Of a DNA stretch of 64,000 bases, positions 1-12,095 are shown piece by piece. Positions within the stretch are counted from its first letter, which is position 1. Each line of letters starts with the position of its first letter. The DNA is from Takakia lepidozioides (taxonomy: Eukaryota; Plantae; Bryophyta). The DNA lies in contig CM060736.1 of assembly GCA_030704615.1 (NCBI GenBank), forward strand, positions 1-64,000. Reading direction: 5' to 3'. A model generated the notes under the pieces. The model made no database searches and was not told where the DNA came from. It saw only the letters and a list, made by a program, of their open reading frames with translations. The translations under genes were made by a program, and so were the position numbers.

Positions 1-191
1 TTTTTTTTTTTTTTTTTTGACTTTTATTTATTCTAAAAAACTAAATTAGATGATAAATTTATAAACTTAGCTTTTCTAGAATTTCATTATTATTTGATAA
101 TTCACAAAACATTTTATTTCGTAACTAAAAATAAAAAAGAGTTTGAGAAATAGAAAAAATGTTTAGAATTTTTTATTTCTCTCAGCGAATC

Positions 192-240
192 GAAGAAACA
201 TTCTGAAAATTTATCACATAAATTTTCAGAATGTTTCTTC
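192..240. terminator. Perfect 22-bp inverted repeat (stem-loop) downstream of psbJ
   Basis: gaagaaacattctgaaaattta (192-213), 5-nt loop, exact reverse complement at 219-240; typical plastid 3' end stem-loop position. Confidence 0.75.
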
Positions 241-361
241 AATTTCTCTTTTTATTTACCTTCGAATGAGAAAAAATAATCGAAAAATTTTATTGAATCC
301 TAGTATTTATTGAATTTCTATGTGCATAGTTCCTTCCATACATCTCGAATCCATTCAATTA

Positions 362-484
362 CTATAAGGATGACCCTGATCCGGAGTATGAGCCATAGAA
401 AAAGATGCCTACTAAACCGATCACGGGGATACCAGCTACAGTACCTATTAGCCACAGAGGAATCCTTCCGGTGGTATTGGCCAT
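362..484 (-). CDS. psbJ: Photosystem II protein J
   Basis: Manual translation [40 protein letters not shown]; last gene of psbEFLJ. Confidence 0.97.
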   Translation of the reverse strand: MANTTGRIPLWLIGTVAGIPVIGLVGIFFYGSYSGSGSSL

Positions 485-597
485 TTATCTTACTCCCTTT
501 TCAGTTTCATTAGGTAGTCGCGACTCGAGACGTAAACGGTCACAAATAATTAAAATTTGGATTTGTTCCAAATGAGGCAAAAAAGCTCTTGCTGTAA

Positions 598-714
598 TTG
601 ATTAAAGAAGTGATTAGGGAATGGAACAGCCAGTACGAAAATAAGTAACAACCCCCAATAGAGGCTGGTACGGTTTAATTCTACACTTTGTTTGTTTGGG
701 TTCGGTTGTGTCAT
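598..714 (-). CDS. psbL: Photosystem II protein L (stop created by CAA to UAA editing)
   Basis: [38 protein letters not shown] followed by CAA at the conserved stop position. Confidence 0.96.
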
Positions 715-736
715 AGCTTTACGTTCCGAATAAATT

Positions 737-865
<129 letters not shown>

Positions 866-1117
866 CTAAAAGGATCTAGTGAATTCATCAACTTGTTCCA
901 GTGAATTGAAACGACCGGTAATTAAAGGAACCTCTTGTCGGCTCTCCGTGAAATATTCATTCGGCCGAGGGCTTCCAAAAACATCGTAAGCCAAACCTGT
1001 GCTAACAAATAACCGACCTGCAATGAACGAAGAGGGTATAGTGATGCTATGAATCACCCGATATCGAATACTGGTAATGATGTCGGCGAAAGGGCGCTCT
1101 CCCGTATTCCCAGACAT
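866..1117 (-). CDS. psbE: Cytochrome b559 alpha subunit
   Basis: [19 protein letters not shown](R>W)VIHSITIP..., 83 aa from ATG at 1117. Confidence 0.98.
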   Translation of the reverse strand: MSGNTGERPFADIITSIRYRVIHSITIPSSFIAGRLFVSTGLAYDVFGSPRPNEYFTESRQEVPLITGRFNSLEQVDEFTRSF

Positions 1118-1423
1118 GGTTAGCTCCATATATATTTGTAGAGGCGAAGGGGACATAATCCCATAAAAGATCGAAACCAGGGGATGTTAAATCTACTGAA
1201 ATCTCTCTAAAACCTTGTTAGGTTGTCAATGTTATACCAAGGGTATCTTTGAAGCATACTAGACCAGTATATCTAACGTTCTTTTGACGCAGCAAGACAA
1301 TTTGGGGGAAAAGGATAAAAAATAAGCCAAAGACCTTTATTTTTTCTTCGTTCCGTTAGCATTGCTTAGCTAACCTAATCAAGTTTTTATGAAATCAGTG
1401 ACTTAGAGGGAAAATTATTTTGT

Positions 1424-2670
1424 ATGGCTCGAGAGAAGTTTGAACGAACGTAAGAAAAACCCGTGAATATTGGAAAAATCGGGCATGTGGATCATGGAGA
1501 AACCACTTTAACGGCAACTATTGCGATGGCTCTAGCTGCTACAGGCAGATGTACTGCCAGAAAATACGACGAGATTTATGCAGCTCCAGAAGAAGAAGCA
1601 AGAGGTATTACGATTAATACTGCTTATGTAGAATATGAAACTTCTTTGCGACGTTACGCTCACGTAGATTGTCCCGTTCATGCAGATTACGTGAAGAATC
1701 TGATTACTAGTGCTGCACAAAAGTCTGGTGCCTTTTCGGTAGTATCGTAGGCTGATGGACCTATGCCATAAATCAGGGAGCATATTATCTTGGCTAAACA
1801 AGTAGTAGGTGTTCCCAATATCGTAGTTTTTCCAAACGGAGAGAATCAAGTAGATGATGAACATTTATTACAATTAGTGGAATTGGAAGTACGTGAAACT
1901 TTGAGCTACTACGAGTTTCCGGGAGATCAGATTACTGTAGTGTCAGGCTCTGCTTCAATTGCTTTATAAAGTCTTACTGAAATTACTGATTCACTGAGAG
2001 GCGTAAATAAATAGGTTGACAAAATCTACGACTTAATGGATCAAGTTGATGTTTAGATTCCGACGCCTAAACGCAAAACAGATAAACCTTTTCTTACGGC
2101 TGTAGAAGATGTTTCTTTCCGTTACGGATCGTGGAACTGTAGCTACAGCTACGGATCACGTAGGAAGAGGAATAATTCGGGTAGGAGAAGTAGTTGGATT
2201 AAGAGAAACACTCATATTACTTTTGTTACAGGTTCAGAAATGTTTCGAAAAACTCTTGAGGAAAGTATTGCTGGGAATGATGATGTGGGAATGTTACTCG
2301 GGGGGATGCGAAGGGAAGATGTGCAACGTGGAATGGTAATTGCTAAGCCCGGAACTATAAAACCTCGTATTTGATTTGAAGCGCAAGTCTATGCTCTTCG
2401 GAAGGGGAGAGAAAAGGAGGGGGCGACATTCCCCCTTTTTTTCTCGGGATATCGTCCCCGATTTCATGTTCGTACCATCAACTAACTGGTAAGATCGAAT
2501 AATTTCAATACGATTCCGGTGGAAAAACAAAAATGGTTATGTCGGGTAATCGCATTAAAATGGTTGTGGAATTAATTCAACCCGTAGTTATTGAAGGAAA
2601 TTTGCGTTTTGCGATTAGTTAGGAAGGTCACATAGTAGAAGCTTTTGTTATATCTGAGTCACTTCATTAA
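1424..2670 (+). pseudogene. tufA: Full-length elongation factor Tu pseudogene
   Basis: [51 protein letters not shown] motifs; in-frame stops at 1451, 1748, 1769, 1967, 2012, 2054; frameshifts from about 2110. Confidence 0.95.
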
Positions 2671-3008
2671 AGGATTCATTGATGAAATAGTAGAAATAGT
2701 TTCAGCAGTTTAGTTTGAAAGAGAAAAAAAAATGGATATAGTTTTTTCAATATTACTTATATTTCTTCTTCTCTTTTTTCTTTTCCCTGCCTCTCCTTCT
2801 CCCTTCCGGAGAAAAGAAAGAAAAAAAAAACTTTTCGATATTTATTTTGAGATGAGGTAATAACGAATATAAAAATTTGAGATTGAATTCAATTAATATG
2901 GGATTTTTTTTATTTCCAATTACTGTTTCTATTTCAGGTGATAAAAATCTAGGTAATTGCTTTACAAGGGTGTATACTAAACCTGTTATTGTCACTAGGA
3001 TTCCTTCC

Positions 3009-3104
3009 ATGCTTACTATAATCAGCTATTTCGCATTTCCATTTGCTGCTTCAATTTCAGCTTTAGTTTCATTTATTGGCTTAAACAAAATACAACTTAT
3101 TCAG
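3009..3104 (+). CDS. petL: Cytochrome b6/f subunit 6 (stop via CAG to UAG editing)
   Basis: MLTIISYF...GLNKIQLI, 31 aa, then CAG. Confidence 0.94.
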
Positions 3105-3229
3105 AGAGAAAGGAGAACTTGTTTAGGTTCTAAAAATTCCATTGTATCTCCTAAGCCAAATAAAGGTTATTGAGATTAATAACAAATCTAGTTAGTTTCC
3201 AACTCAGATATCTTTTCGGTCAAGAAAAA

Positions 3230-3343
3230 ATGGTTGAAGCTTTGCTGTCTGGAATTGTGTTGGGGTTGATTCCAATAACTCTAGCTGGATTATTTGTAAC
3301 TGCCTATTTGCAATATCGGCGTGGCGATCAATTAGATCTTCGA
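3230..3343 (+). CDS. petG: Cytochrome b6/f subunit 5 (stop via CGA to UGA editing)
   Basis: [37 protein letters not shown], then CGA. Confidence 0.96.
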
Positions 3344-3462
3344 TCGAACATAAAATTATATTTACCGTTTTTCATAGGCCTCCCTAAAAAAGATAGGGAG
3401 GTCTAATTAAATTAATTAATAAAATTTATTGAAGTTTTTTCAAAATTTTTTTTTTGAATAAT

Positions 3463-3536
3463 CACGCTCTGTAGGATTTGAACCTACGGCATCAGGTTTT
3501 GGAGACCTGCGTTCTACCGAGCTGAACTAAGAGCGC
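3463..3536 (-). tRNA. trnW-CCA: tRNA-Trp(CCA)
   Basis: Cloverleaf GCGCTCTTAGTTCAG...CTCCAAA...GTTCAAATC; syntenic after petG. Confidence 0.96.
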
Positions 3537-3666
3537 TTCTTTACATCAAAAATCCTTGAATGGAAAAGGGTGACCTTTTTCTATTTTTCTATCTATATTC
3601 AAAAAAGAGTATTCCATAAATAGAATATTTACTCTGAAGTTTTGTTACGATATATGGAATTCGGGG

Positions 3667-3740
3667 TAGGGATGACAGGATTCGAACCTGCGGCATTTTG
3701 TACCCAAAACAAACGCGCTACCAAGCTGCGCTACATCCCT
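3667..3740 (-). tRNA. trnP-UGG: tRNA-Pro(UGG)
   Basis: AGGGATGTAGCGCAGCTTGGTAGCGCG...TTTGGGT...GTTCGAATC. Confidence 0.96.
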
Positions 3741-4327
3741 CCCATTTAAAAATCTTCCACCCATCATAATTGTATCTCATTCACAGCTTTTTGCCTACAC
3801 TTTTCCATCCTATTAACTTCCTTGTACTTCCCGTCTTCCAGAAATCCATATAATAATTATAACTACTTCACGCATGAAATGAGATGTATGGAAAAACAAA
3901 TACATTCTTTTTGGAAAGAAACATAATACATACTTTTTCCAAATTTCGCCTAGTTTCTCACCAACCCATTAGCAATTGACTACTAATATAGTCAATACTA
4001 CTATATACATTACATAGTTCACATAAATCTCGAGAAATTTTTCTGGTTTTTCATCGGGAACTAAAAAAATATTATTCGAGATTTAAGATTCAATAAAATT
4101 AATGAGATATTAAATATATCTCGAGAGTCTTATTAATTATTGTATGATTTTTTGTCAATTTATCTATTAGAATAGAACGGGAATGGTGAGTTGAGAATAA
4201 AGTTAATAGGATTGACTATCAATAAATCATTTACGGAAATTCGGAAGAGATAAAAAATAAAATAAATCATTTTTTTTTTTTTTTCTCGAAATCTCATCCT
4301 ACCATTTTGTTATATGAACCTTTGTAA

Positions 4328-4516
<189 letters not shown>

Positions 4517-4849
4517 AAAGGTTTCTTCTACTATTTTAAAAATTTTTATTTCTTACGTTTAATTAATTAATTAATAAACAATTAGAAAAAAAGCTTTAAG
4601 GTTTTTTTTTTAAGTTCAAATAAGGAAGTTAAATAGGGAATAAATTTTCTCTATACAGGGGATTGAATTTTATATCTACAAGTTATAATAATTAAAGACT
4701 TTTTTCTATTTCGTGAAAAGTTTTTAATTATTATGACTCGCTATAAGATTTAGGAATTAATCGGTAATTTTTACTAAAACCTTATACTTTTATTTTTTCC
4801 AAGAATAGAAATTCATAGGTTTTGCAAACCCAACATTCAAAATAGGATT

Positions 4850-5047
4850 ACGGCTAAGAATAGAGATGTAAGAGTAACCATTACTTTGGAATGTACTAGT
4901 TGTGCTCAAAATGGTGAAAAAATAAAATTAGGTGTTTCTAGATATACTACTAAAAAAAATCGTCGTAATACACCCACTCGATTGGAATTGAAGAAATTTT
5001 GTCCTTATTGTAATAAGCATACTATTCACAAAGAAATAAAAAAATAA
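4850..5047 (+). CDS. rpl33: Ribosomal protein L33 (ACG start)
   Basis: (T>M)[17 protein letters not shown]...[21 protein letters not shown]. Confidence 0.95.
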   Translation, partial: TAKNRDVRVTITLECTSCAQNGEKIKLGVSRYTTKKNRRNTPTRLELKKFCPYCNKHTIHKEIKK

Positions 5048-5065
5048 ATAGTATTTTAGAGGTTT

Positions 5066-5305
5066 ATGAAACAAGCTATGAACAAATCCAAGCGATCTTC
5101 TCGTAGACGTTTGCCACCCATCAGATCGGGAGATATTTTGGATTATAAAAATATAAATTTACTTCGCAGATTTATTAGCGAACAGGGAAAAATTCTATCT
5201 AGACGAATGAATAGATTAACCTCGAAACAACAACGCTTAATGACTATTGCTATTAAACGAGCTCGGGTTTTAGCTTCATTACCTTTTCTTAATAACGAAA
5301 ATTAA
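5066..5305 (+). CDS. rps18: Ribosomal protein S18
   Basis: [22 protein letters not shown] motif. Confidence 0.97.
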   Translation: MKQAMNKSKRSSRRRLPPIRSGDILDYKNINLLRRFISEQGKILSRRMNRLTSKQQRLMTIAIKRARVLASLPFLNNEN

Positions 5306-5482
5306 TTTGGTTTCTAGTTCCATTAATAGTAAAACTTCCCTACATTTCCTAAGAGTTGGAGGGAGAAGAAAAAAGGTCATCCTCCAATAATACGAAATTG
5401 AGGAGAAAAAAGAAGCTACAAATGTAGAATCCAACAAATTGAACGAAAAATCGACCGAAAAAATTTGTTCCGATCTGTTTTT

Positions 5483-5514
5483 ACTTCCCCGGAGTGAACC
5501 CGCTCCGGGGAAGT
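5483..5514. terminator. GC-rich stem-loop between convergent rps18 and rpl20
   Basis: acttccccggagtg-aacc-cgctccggggaagt. Confidence 0.7.
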
Positions 5515-5533
5515 CTTTTCACTCAGTTCTTTC

Positions 5534-5881
5534 CTATTCGCCAATCTCTCTCAAGATTGTGGAAAAGCAATTACTATCTAATATAGCTACTTGTGCAAGC
5601 ATTTTGCGATTCAAAAGCACTTGTTTTTGATATAAATTTTGAATCAATTTATTATAGGAAATTCCATTATCTCGGGCTGCTGCATTAATCCGAGTAATCC
5701 ATAAACGGCGAAGATCTCTCTTTCGCTTATTTCTATCCCGATGGGAGGAAGCTAAAGCCCTCATTCCTTGCTGATTAGCAGTTCGAAATAGTTTTGAATG
5801 AGCTCCTTGAAATCCTGATGCAAGTGTGAAAAGATTTTTACGTCGTTTTCGAGCCACATACCCACGTTTAACTCTAGTCAT
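5534..5881 (-). CDS. rpl20: Ribosomal protein L20
   Basis: [15 protein letters not shown]...[11 protein letters not shown]. Confidence 0.98.
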   Translation of the reverse strand: MTRVKRGYVARKRRKNLFTLASGFQGAHSKLFRTANQQGMRALASSHRDRNKRKRDLRRLWITRINAAARDNGISYNKLIQNLYQKQVLLNRKMLAQVAILDSNCFSTILREIGE

Positions 5882-6244
5882 TAATGTCTACTCTCATGAA
5901 TTACTAAATAATTTTGATAAAGAATGAGAAAATGATTTATTCCGTTTTTGAGAAACAGAAATATATCTAAAATCCAATATTTCTATTTATTCTTTCTCCT
6001 AATTTCGTTTCTATTTCGTTGTTGAATAGAAAAAACAGTAAAAACATTTGCTTTGTTATACTTATTACAAAGTAACAGAGTTTTGATGGGTAAGAAAATA
6101 TATTATTTGAATTACTATTCTATTTTTTTCTTTTCTATCACAAAAAATGAAATAAATCTATATCTTTTTATATTCTAGTTTACCTCATCTGAGAAGTAGC
6201 AGGAAAAAAAAAAACACTTGTTTTTCTGATGTAGAAAATAAAGA

Positions 6245-6835
6245 TTCCAATGGCTTTTGCTACTATAACCTTCCCAGCCACGATTTTTTTCGGTTACATA
6301 CCTTCTCAGTAACGAAGGGATGGGACCTCGGAATAAGAAAAATCGTGGATTCCATCGTTTCTATGGCTTCTCCCTCAACGGCGAGGTCCCCCCTATGTGC
6401 CGGAGCCATTAACTTCTCCGAAAACGAGATGGGGATGCTATCGGTGATTTGTATAATTTCCAATCCTCAGCTCTGCTTCACCCATCGAGCAAAAAATCTT
6501 ACTACGACAAGACTTCCCTATCCAGTAACGGCATGTCATTTTGGGGGTTTGCTGGGCAGCTGACCTTATGAATCCGTTTTTGCGGCAATATAACTACCTG
6601 TAGTTATCCTTTCCAAATTGCGCAGTTCTTCTCGCTCAACGGATTGATCAATAATCACTACCATCGAGAAATTGCTTTTCATCCTACATCAAGATAATTG
6701 GATTTGCACCAATGAAAACCATAAATTTCATTTAACTACAAGGTAAATGATGGATCGATACTTCACTGTAATAAAAGAGTTCTTCTGCCATACCGATCCC
6801 TAATACTTAAAGTTCCCGATCCAAACGAGTCGCAC
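6245..6835 (-). other. 5' half of the trans-spliced group II intron of rps12 (distal end approximate)
   Basis: GTGCG directly after rps12 exon 1; no exon 2 follows in cis. Confidence 0.75.
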
Positions 6836-6949
6836 ATACACCCTGGTACATACTCCCCTACGCTGAGGACATCCCCGAAGGGCTGGGGATTTCGTTCTAT
6901 TTTCCATCGGTTGTCTTCGATTTCTAATCAGTTGTTGAATGGTAGGCAT
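6836..6949 (-). CDS. rps12: Ribosomal protein S12 exon 1 (trans-spliced)
   Basis: [38 protein letters not shown], 114 nt, then GTGCG. Confidence 0.97.
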
Positions 6950-7327
6950 CTTAAGTTGTATGCAGAATTTACTGGTTTGGATTAATCCTGACCATAGGAA
7001 CCATAAGACCATAAGGAGAAGTTGTTACGAAAGTTGAGAAGTGAATAAATTAAGTCTTTTTCATAATAAAAAAAGGACTTAGTCAATTCAAAATTTGAGA
7101 AATATGTAAATTCTTTTTGTTCTTATAAATTTTTTTTTCTTCCCCCTTCTCTTTTCTCCTCCCCACACATAGAAAAGAGAAAAAATATATCTAAGGTTTT
7201 CAAAAAATTTTTTTTTTCTTTTTTCCCTCACCTACAGGTCATTCATGCCTGAATCTGATGGATTCCTTATCTCATAGGTCAAAAAATTTTCATGTGTCTC
7301 TTCAGACAGAAAAGTTCCTTTACAAAA

Positions 7328-9199
7328 TTAATTCGTTGGAGAATTTGAAGCAGTTTCTGTAGCTACGAAATCAACAATGCCATAAACTTTTGCTTCTTCT
7401 GCTGACATGAAAACATCTCTTTCCATATCTTCGGAAATGATCCATAATGGCTTGCCTGTCCTTTGTACATAGACCTTGGTAATGCAGTCGCGAAGTTTTA
7501 ATACTTCTTCTGCTTCCGTAATACATTCTCCCGCTTGTCCATCGTAGTAGGAACTAGCAGGTTGATGGATCATTACCCTATTAATAGATCTCAATTAAAG
7601 AGAGATTCAAATTGAATGAACTGTACGAGCATTTTGCGGTGCATACGGCTCTAAAATGAATGAGATGGAAAAATGTTTTGGGAAATGAAATTCTAAAAAT
7701 TTCCGTATTTCCTAAACCTATTTTAGACAATTCATATACCATCTTTTTCTTCCAAATCAAATAGTATGATGGTTCTGTTGCTTCAGATATTTATCCATCT
7801 AGCAATGCCAAAGTTTCTTTTTCTCCTTTTCTCTAGAAAATATAAGCAATTTAAAATATAGCTACTTTTTTTTTTATTTCTTTTCTTCCATATACTTTCT
7901 ATCGGATATCGGAGATGAAGGGGGGATAGGGGTTTATGGCGCTGAGATGGACTGACGAAAAATAAAATCAAATTGGTTGAAAAAGGAATAGTCACTTTTT
8001 TTAAACTACCTCGATATTTTTAGTTTTCTTTATAATGTTTGTATCAAGCTTTATATGTCATGCTATTATCACCTTTCATTCGGCACAGACATTGTTTCTT
8101 CGATAAGAAGCATTGGCGCGAAGCGTGGGGTAGCGCTATACGTTTAGTAATTTCCCCTCCAGTTGAGGTGAAAGATCCCATTGAAGCAGCTAATCCCATG
8201 CAAATTGTGTGTACATCCGGTGCTACAAATTGCATAGCATCATAAACAGATATTCCTGCTAATACTGCTCCACCGGGAGAGTTAATATATAAATACATAT
8301 CTTTACTTTCATCTTCTCCATTCAGGTACATCATAATACCAATGGGTTGATTCGCGATTTCGTCATCTACGTGTTGGCCTGGAAAGAGTAACCTTTCTCG
8401 ATGGAGTCGATTGATTAGAATGGGTCGATAACTTTTCCTCCTTCGGAACCGCACGAGCACTTTGAAAAGCATACGGCTCGAGTAGTTGCACAAAATTTAG
8501 TTATTTTATTTTAGTTAGATAGAAGATAAAATCTTAATATTTGTAGGTAATTTTTCTCAGAGCAATCTTTTTCTTTCTTTCCCTCTCCTCTCTCCACTAC
8601 TTCCGGTTCAAGTCCGTCTTTTTCCGATTCCCAGTTTCACTTATTGAACCACTCATTAACCAATGCATTTTCTAATTCCTCTTCTATCTTCTCCGTCACA
8701 GCAAAATTATCTTGTTTACAAATAGGTTTTTAATAAAATCCTTAGGTTTATGTTCTACTCCGGGAAAGAAAAGAAAAAATAAATAAATAAAAAAAAATAT
8801 ATCCGATTTTAACTTGCACATATAGGACGAGTAACGTATTGCTATTTTTCCATCTTCTCGTTATTTCTGCTAGAAATGCTTTCTCTTCATTCCATAAGTT
8901 TCAAAAAAATATTGAGTCTGGAAGTTTAACGGAGCCTGAAAACTTCATTTGTTTGAGCTAACCATAGAATTTTGAGATTGAGAAATCTTTTTTACTTAAC
9001 CATTCTTATCAAAACCTCACGCTTTAGAGTATTGAGGATTTACTCAATCTCAAGTGAGGTAGAAACGTTTGAATCGGAGGAGACGACGGGTAGTTTCCGT
9101 ATAACCAAAAATTTTTGACAAGTCGCACTATACGTCGATCCGAACAGCATCTTCTTCTCCGGGGAGCCTAAAAGGCACTTTTGGAACACCAATGGGCAT
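7328..9199 (-). CDS. clpP: Clp protease proteolytic subunit; exons 9129-9199, 8122-8413, 7328-7579
   Basis: [11 protein letters not shown] / YINSPGG...AASMG...LPHA / RVMIHQP...MERD; exon sizes 71, 292 and 252 nt; catalytic S/H/D present. Confidence 0.96.
7580..8121 (-). other. Group II intron 2 of clpP
   Basis: 5' end TCGCG; domain V GAGCCGTATGC...GTACAGTTC near 7617-7650; AAT 3' end. Confidence 0.88.
8414..9128 (-). other. Group II intron 1 of clpP
   Basis: GTGCG 5' end; domain V GAGCCGTATGC...GTGCGGTTC near 8446-8479. Confidence 0.9.
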
Positions 9200-9629
9200 T
9201 TTTTCTGCGGAATAAGTGAAGCCCTCTGAAGGGAAAGCGTAACAACCCAATCAATTATTAGGTTGTAATTTTTTGTTTCTACGATATGATTATATCATAT
9301 GTAATCTATACATAAGAAGTAAGCAAATGGTGAATTTTCGTCGGAGATAAAAGAGATACATTACCTCTCATTGAAAATTAAGTGGGACCAATCTCTCCAT
9401 TGTTATACGAAACGTATAAATGCTAAACTATTTCTGCTTGTCTCTACTTGCCTCTATCGGTAAAAATGAAATTGGTACTTCAATTTCTGACAATTAATGG
9501 CTTTGAATGGAAGGTAGACTTCTGGGATGACGAAATATTGGTTTTACCTTTTTGACCTTGTCACGGCGTAGTTATTAAATGCAAAAAAGTTACATAGTCT
9601 CTACTTCTCCTCGAGAAAGGGGTATTTCC

Positions 9630-11156
9630 ACGGGTTTACCTCGGTATCGCGTCCATACTGTCGTATCAAATGATCCTGGCCGTTCAATTGCCGTACATTC
9701 AATGCATACAGCTCCAGTTTCCGGTCGGGCTGGTTCTATGGCTTTATATGAATTAGCTGTTTCCGATCCATCGGATCCCGTTCTTGATCCAATGCGGAGA
9801 CAAGGTATGTTCGTTATACCTTTCATGACTCGTTTGGGAATAACAAAGTCTCGGGGGGGCTGGAGTATTACTGGAGAAACTGTAACTAATGCGGGTATTT
9901 GGAGTTACGAAGGCGTGGCTGCAGTGCATATCGTATCATCCGGCTTGTTATTTTCGGCGGCTATCCGGCATCGGGTCTATCGGGATTCGGAGTTGTTCCG
10001 TGATGAACGTACGGGGAAACCTTCTTCAGATTTGCCTAAGATCTCTGGAATTCATTTATTTCTCTCAGGAGTCCCTCGTTTCGGATTTGGAGCATTCCAT
10101 GTAACAGGTTTATTCGGTCCCGGAATATGGGTATCTGATCCTTATGGATTGACTGGAAAAGTACAACCTGTGGCTCCAGCTTGGGGAGCTGAGGGTTTCG
10201 ATCCTTTCGTTCCAGGGGGAATAGCTTCTCACCATATCGCAGCAGGTATTCCAGGTATATTAGCAGGTTTATCCCACCCCAGTGTCCGTCCCCCCCAACG
10301 ATCATACAAGGGATTACGTATGGGGAATGTTGAAACTGTTTCATCCAGTAGTATTGCTGCTGTATTTCTCGCCGCTTTCGTCGTTGCCGGAACTATGTGG
10401 TATGGTTCCGCAGCAACTCCAGTAGAATTGTTTGGTCCTACTCGTTATCAATGGGATCAAGGATTTTCCCAACAAGAAATAGATCGAAGAATTCGTTCCA
10501 GCGAAGCTGAAAAACTTAATTCATCAGAAGCTTGGTCCAAAATTCCTGAGAAATTAGCTCTTTATGATCATATCGGTAATAACCCAGCTAAGGGGGGATT
10601 ATTTAGAGCAGGTGCGACGGATAATGGAGACGGAATAGCTGTCGGTCGGTTAGGTCATGCTGTCTTCAGAGATAAAGAGGGACATGAGCTCTTTGTACGT
10701 CGTATGCCTACTCCTTCTGAAACTCTTCCAGTAGTTTCGGTAGATGAAGAAGGAATTGTTAGAGCCGATGTTCCATCCAGAAGAGCGGAATCAAAATATA
10801 GTGTTGAACAAGTAGGTGTAACTGTTGAATTTTATGGCGGTGAACCGGATGGAGTGAGTTTTAGTGATCCAGCTACGGTGAAAAAGTATGCCAGACGTGC
10901 TCAATTAGGTGAAATTTCTGAATCCGATCGCGCTACTTTAAAATCAGATGGCGTTTCTCGTAGTAGTCCGAGAGGTTGGTTCACTTCTGGTCATGCCACA
11001 TTTGCTCTTCCCTTCTCTTTTGGACATATTCGGCATGGTGCTAGAACTTCGTTTAGAGATGTATTTGCTGGTATTGATCCTGATTTAGATGCTCAAGTTG
11101 AATTCGGGGCATTCCAAAAACTAGGAGATCCGACTACTAAGAGACAAGTAGTTTAA
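9630..11156 (+). CDS. psbB: Photosystem II CP47 (ACG start, heavily edited)
   Basis: (T>M)GLP(R>W)YRVHTVV...[16 protein letters not shown]; 508 codons. Confidence 0.98.
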   Translation, partial: TGLPRYRVHTVVSNDPGRSIAVHSMHTAPVSGRAGSMALYELAVSDPSDPVLDPMRRQGMFVIPFMTRLGITKSRGGWSITGETVTNAGIWSYEGVAAVHIVSSGLLFSAAIRHRVYRDSELFRDERTGKPSSDLPKISGIHLFLSGVPRFGFGAFHVTGLFGPGIWVSDPYGLTGKVQPVAPAWGAEGFDPFVPGGIASHHIAAGIPGILAGLSHPSVRPPQRSYKGLRMGNVETVSSSSIAAVFLAAFVVAGTMWYGSAATPVELFGPTRYQWDQGFSQQEIDRRIRSSEAEKLNSSEAWSKIPEKLALYDHIGNNPAKGGLFRAGATDNGDGIAVGRLGHAVFRDKEGHELFVRRMPTPSETLPVVSVDEEGIVRADVPSRRAESKYSVEQVGVTVEFYGGEPDGVSFSDPATVKKYARRAQLGEISESDRATLKSDGVSRSSPRGWFTSGHATFALPFSFGHIRHGARTSFRDVFAGIDPDLDAQVEFGAFQKLGDPTTKRQVV

Positions 11157-11288
11157 AAATCATTGGAAAGAATTACCTATTTTTTGGAATGAAAAATAAT
11201 ATATATATACATCATAGAATTCTTAATTGAATCTATCTTTCGATTAGTACGAAAGCTATCTCCATACTTTTCCCTTACAATTAAATCT

Positions 11289-11396
11289 ATGGAAGCATTG
11301 GTTCATACATTTTCGTTGGTAGGTACTTTAGGAATAATTTTTTTTGCTATTTCTCTCCGAGAACCACCTAAAGTTCCGAGCAAAGGAAAAAAATAA
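11289..11396 (+). CDS. psbT: Photosystem II protein T
   Basis: [35 protein letters not shown]. Confidence 0.95.
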   Translation: MEALVHTFSLVGTLGIIFFAISLREPPKVPSKGKK

Positions 11397-11469
11397 TTCT
11401 TATTTCGTAAAGTTTCTAGTTCTTATCGACTCGATAAGTCTCATTCCGTTCATTTCTCAATAAGAATTG

Positions 11470-11503
11470 AATGACCTTCCCCGAAAATTAAGGGAAGGTC
11501 ATT
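11470..11503. terminator. psbT-psbN stem-loop
   Basis: aatgaccttccc...gggaaggtcatt, 12-bp arms between convergent genes. Confidence 0.7.
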
Positions 11504-11510
11504 GACGAAA

Positions 11511-11642
11511 CTAGTCCTCATGCTCTTCAAAAGGATCTCTAAGTTCTTTAGAGGGTTGCCCGAAGGCTGTATGGGGGGCATAGCCGGTGAAGCTCACAAG
11601 TAAACGAGATATGGAGATAGCGACTAAGGTTGCAGTTTCCAT
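11511..11642 (-). CDS. psbN: PsbN (Pbf1)
   Basis: [12 protein letters not shown]...[10 protein letters not shown]. Confidence 0.96.
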   Translation of the reverse strand: METATLVAISISRLLVSFTGYAPHTAFGQPSKELRDPFEEHED

Positions 11643-11725
11643 CGTTAGGTAATCCCAAAATAATGGTTTGTTTCCGATATAATAGTACACAAAGTTAACG
11701 AATCTCAACTAATGCAATAAGTTCC

Positions 11726-11950
11726 ACGGCTACACAGATTATTGATGATGCTCCTAAAACCAGGGGAAAACGAAGTGGTATAGGAGATATTTTGAAACCA
11801 CTTAATTCGGAATATGGTAAAGTGGCCCCTGGATGGGGAACAACTCCTCTGATGGGTATTGTAGTAGCACTATCTGCAGTTTTTCTAGTTATTATTCCGG
11901 AACCTTATAATTCTTCTGTTTTACTAGACGGAGTTCCTGTAAGTTGGTAA
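11726..11950 (+). CDS. psbH: Photosystem II phosphoprotein H (ACG start)
   Basis: (T>M)ATQIIDD...[22 protein letters not shown]...LDGVPVSW*. Confidence 0.96.
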   Translation, partial: TATQIIDDAPKTRGKRSGIGDILKPLNSEYGKVAPGWGTTPLMGIVVALSAVFLVIIPEPYNSSVLLDGVPVSW

Positions 11951-12095
11951 TTAATCTAATTGGTTCGATAAAAAAGAGGGTACCTCTTTTCTATTGAACC
12001 AGTTCGATAGATAAAAAATAGATCAAATTTTTTTCATTTACTCGATTTTATGGTAGTTTAATCGTGCGATCAATCAAATAAAGGATCTTCGGAAT

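Noticed and set aside
1424-2670. tufA rescued by U-to-C editing of stop codons
   Set aside because: Only some stops derive from CAA; others, plus frameshifts and P-loop/NKxD loss, cannot be edited
2877-3406. N- and C-terminally extended petL/petG (also psbB, rpl14, petD, rpoA) in the ORF track as novel fusions
   Set aside because: Artefacts of unedited ACG starts and CAA/CAG/CGA stops
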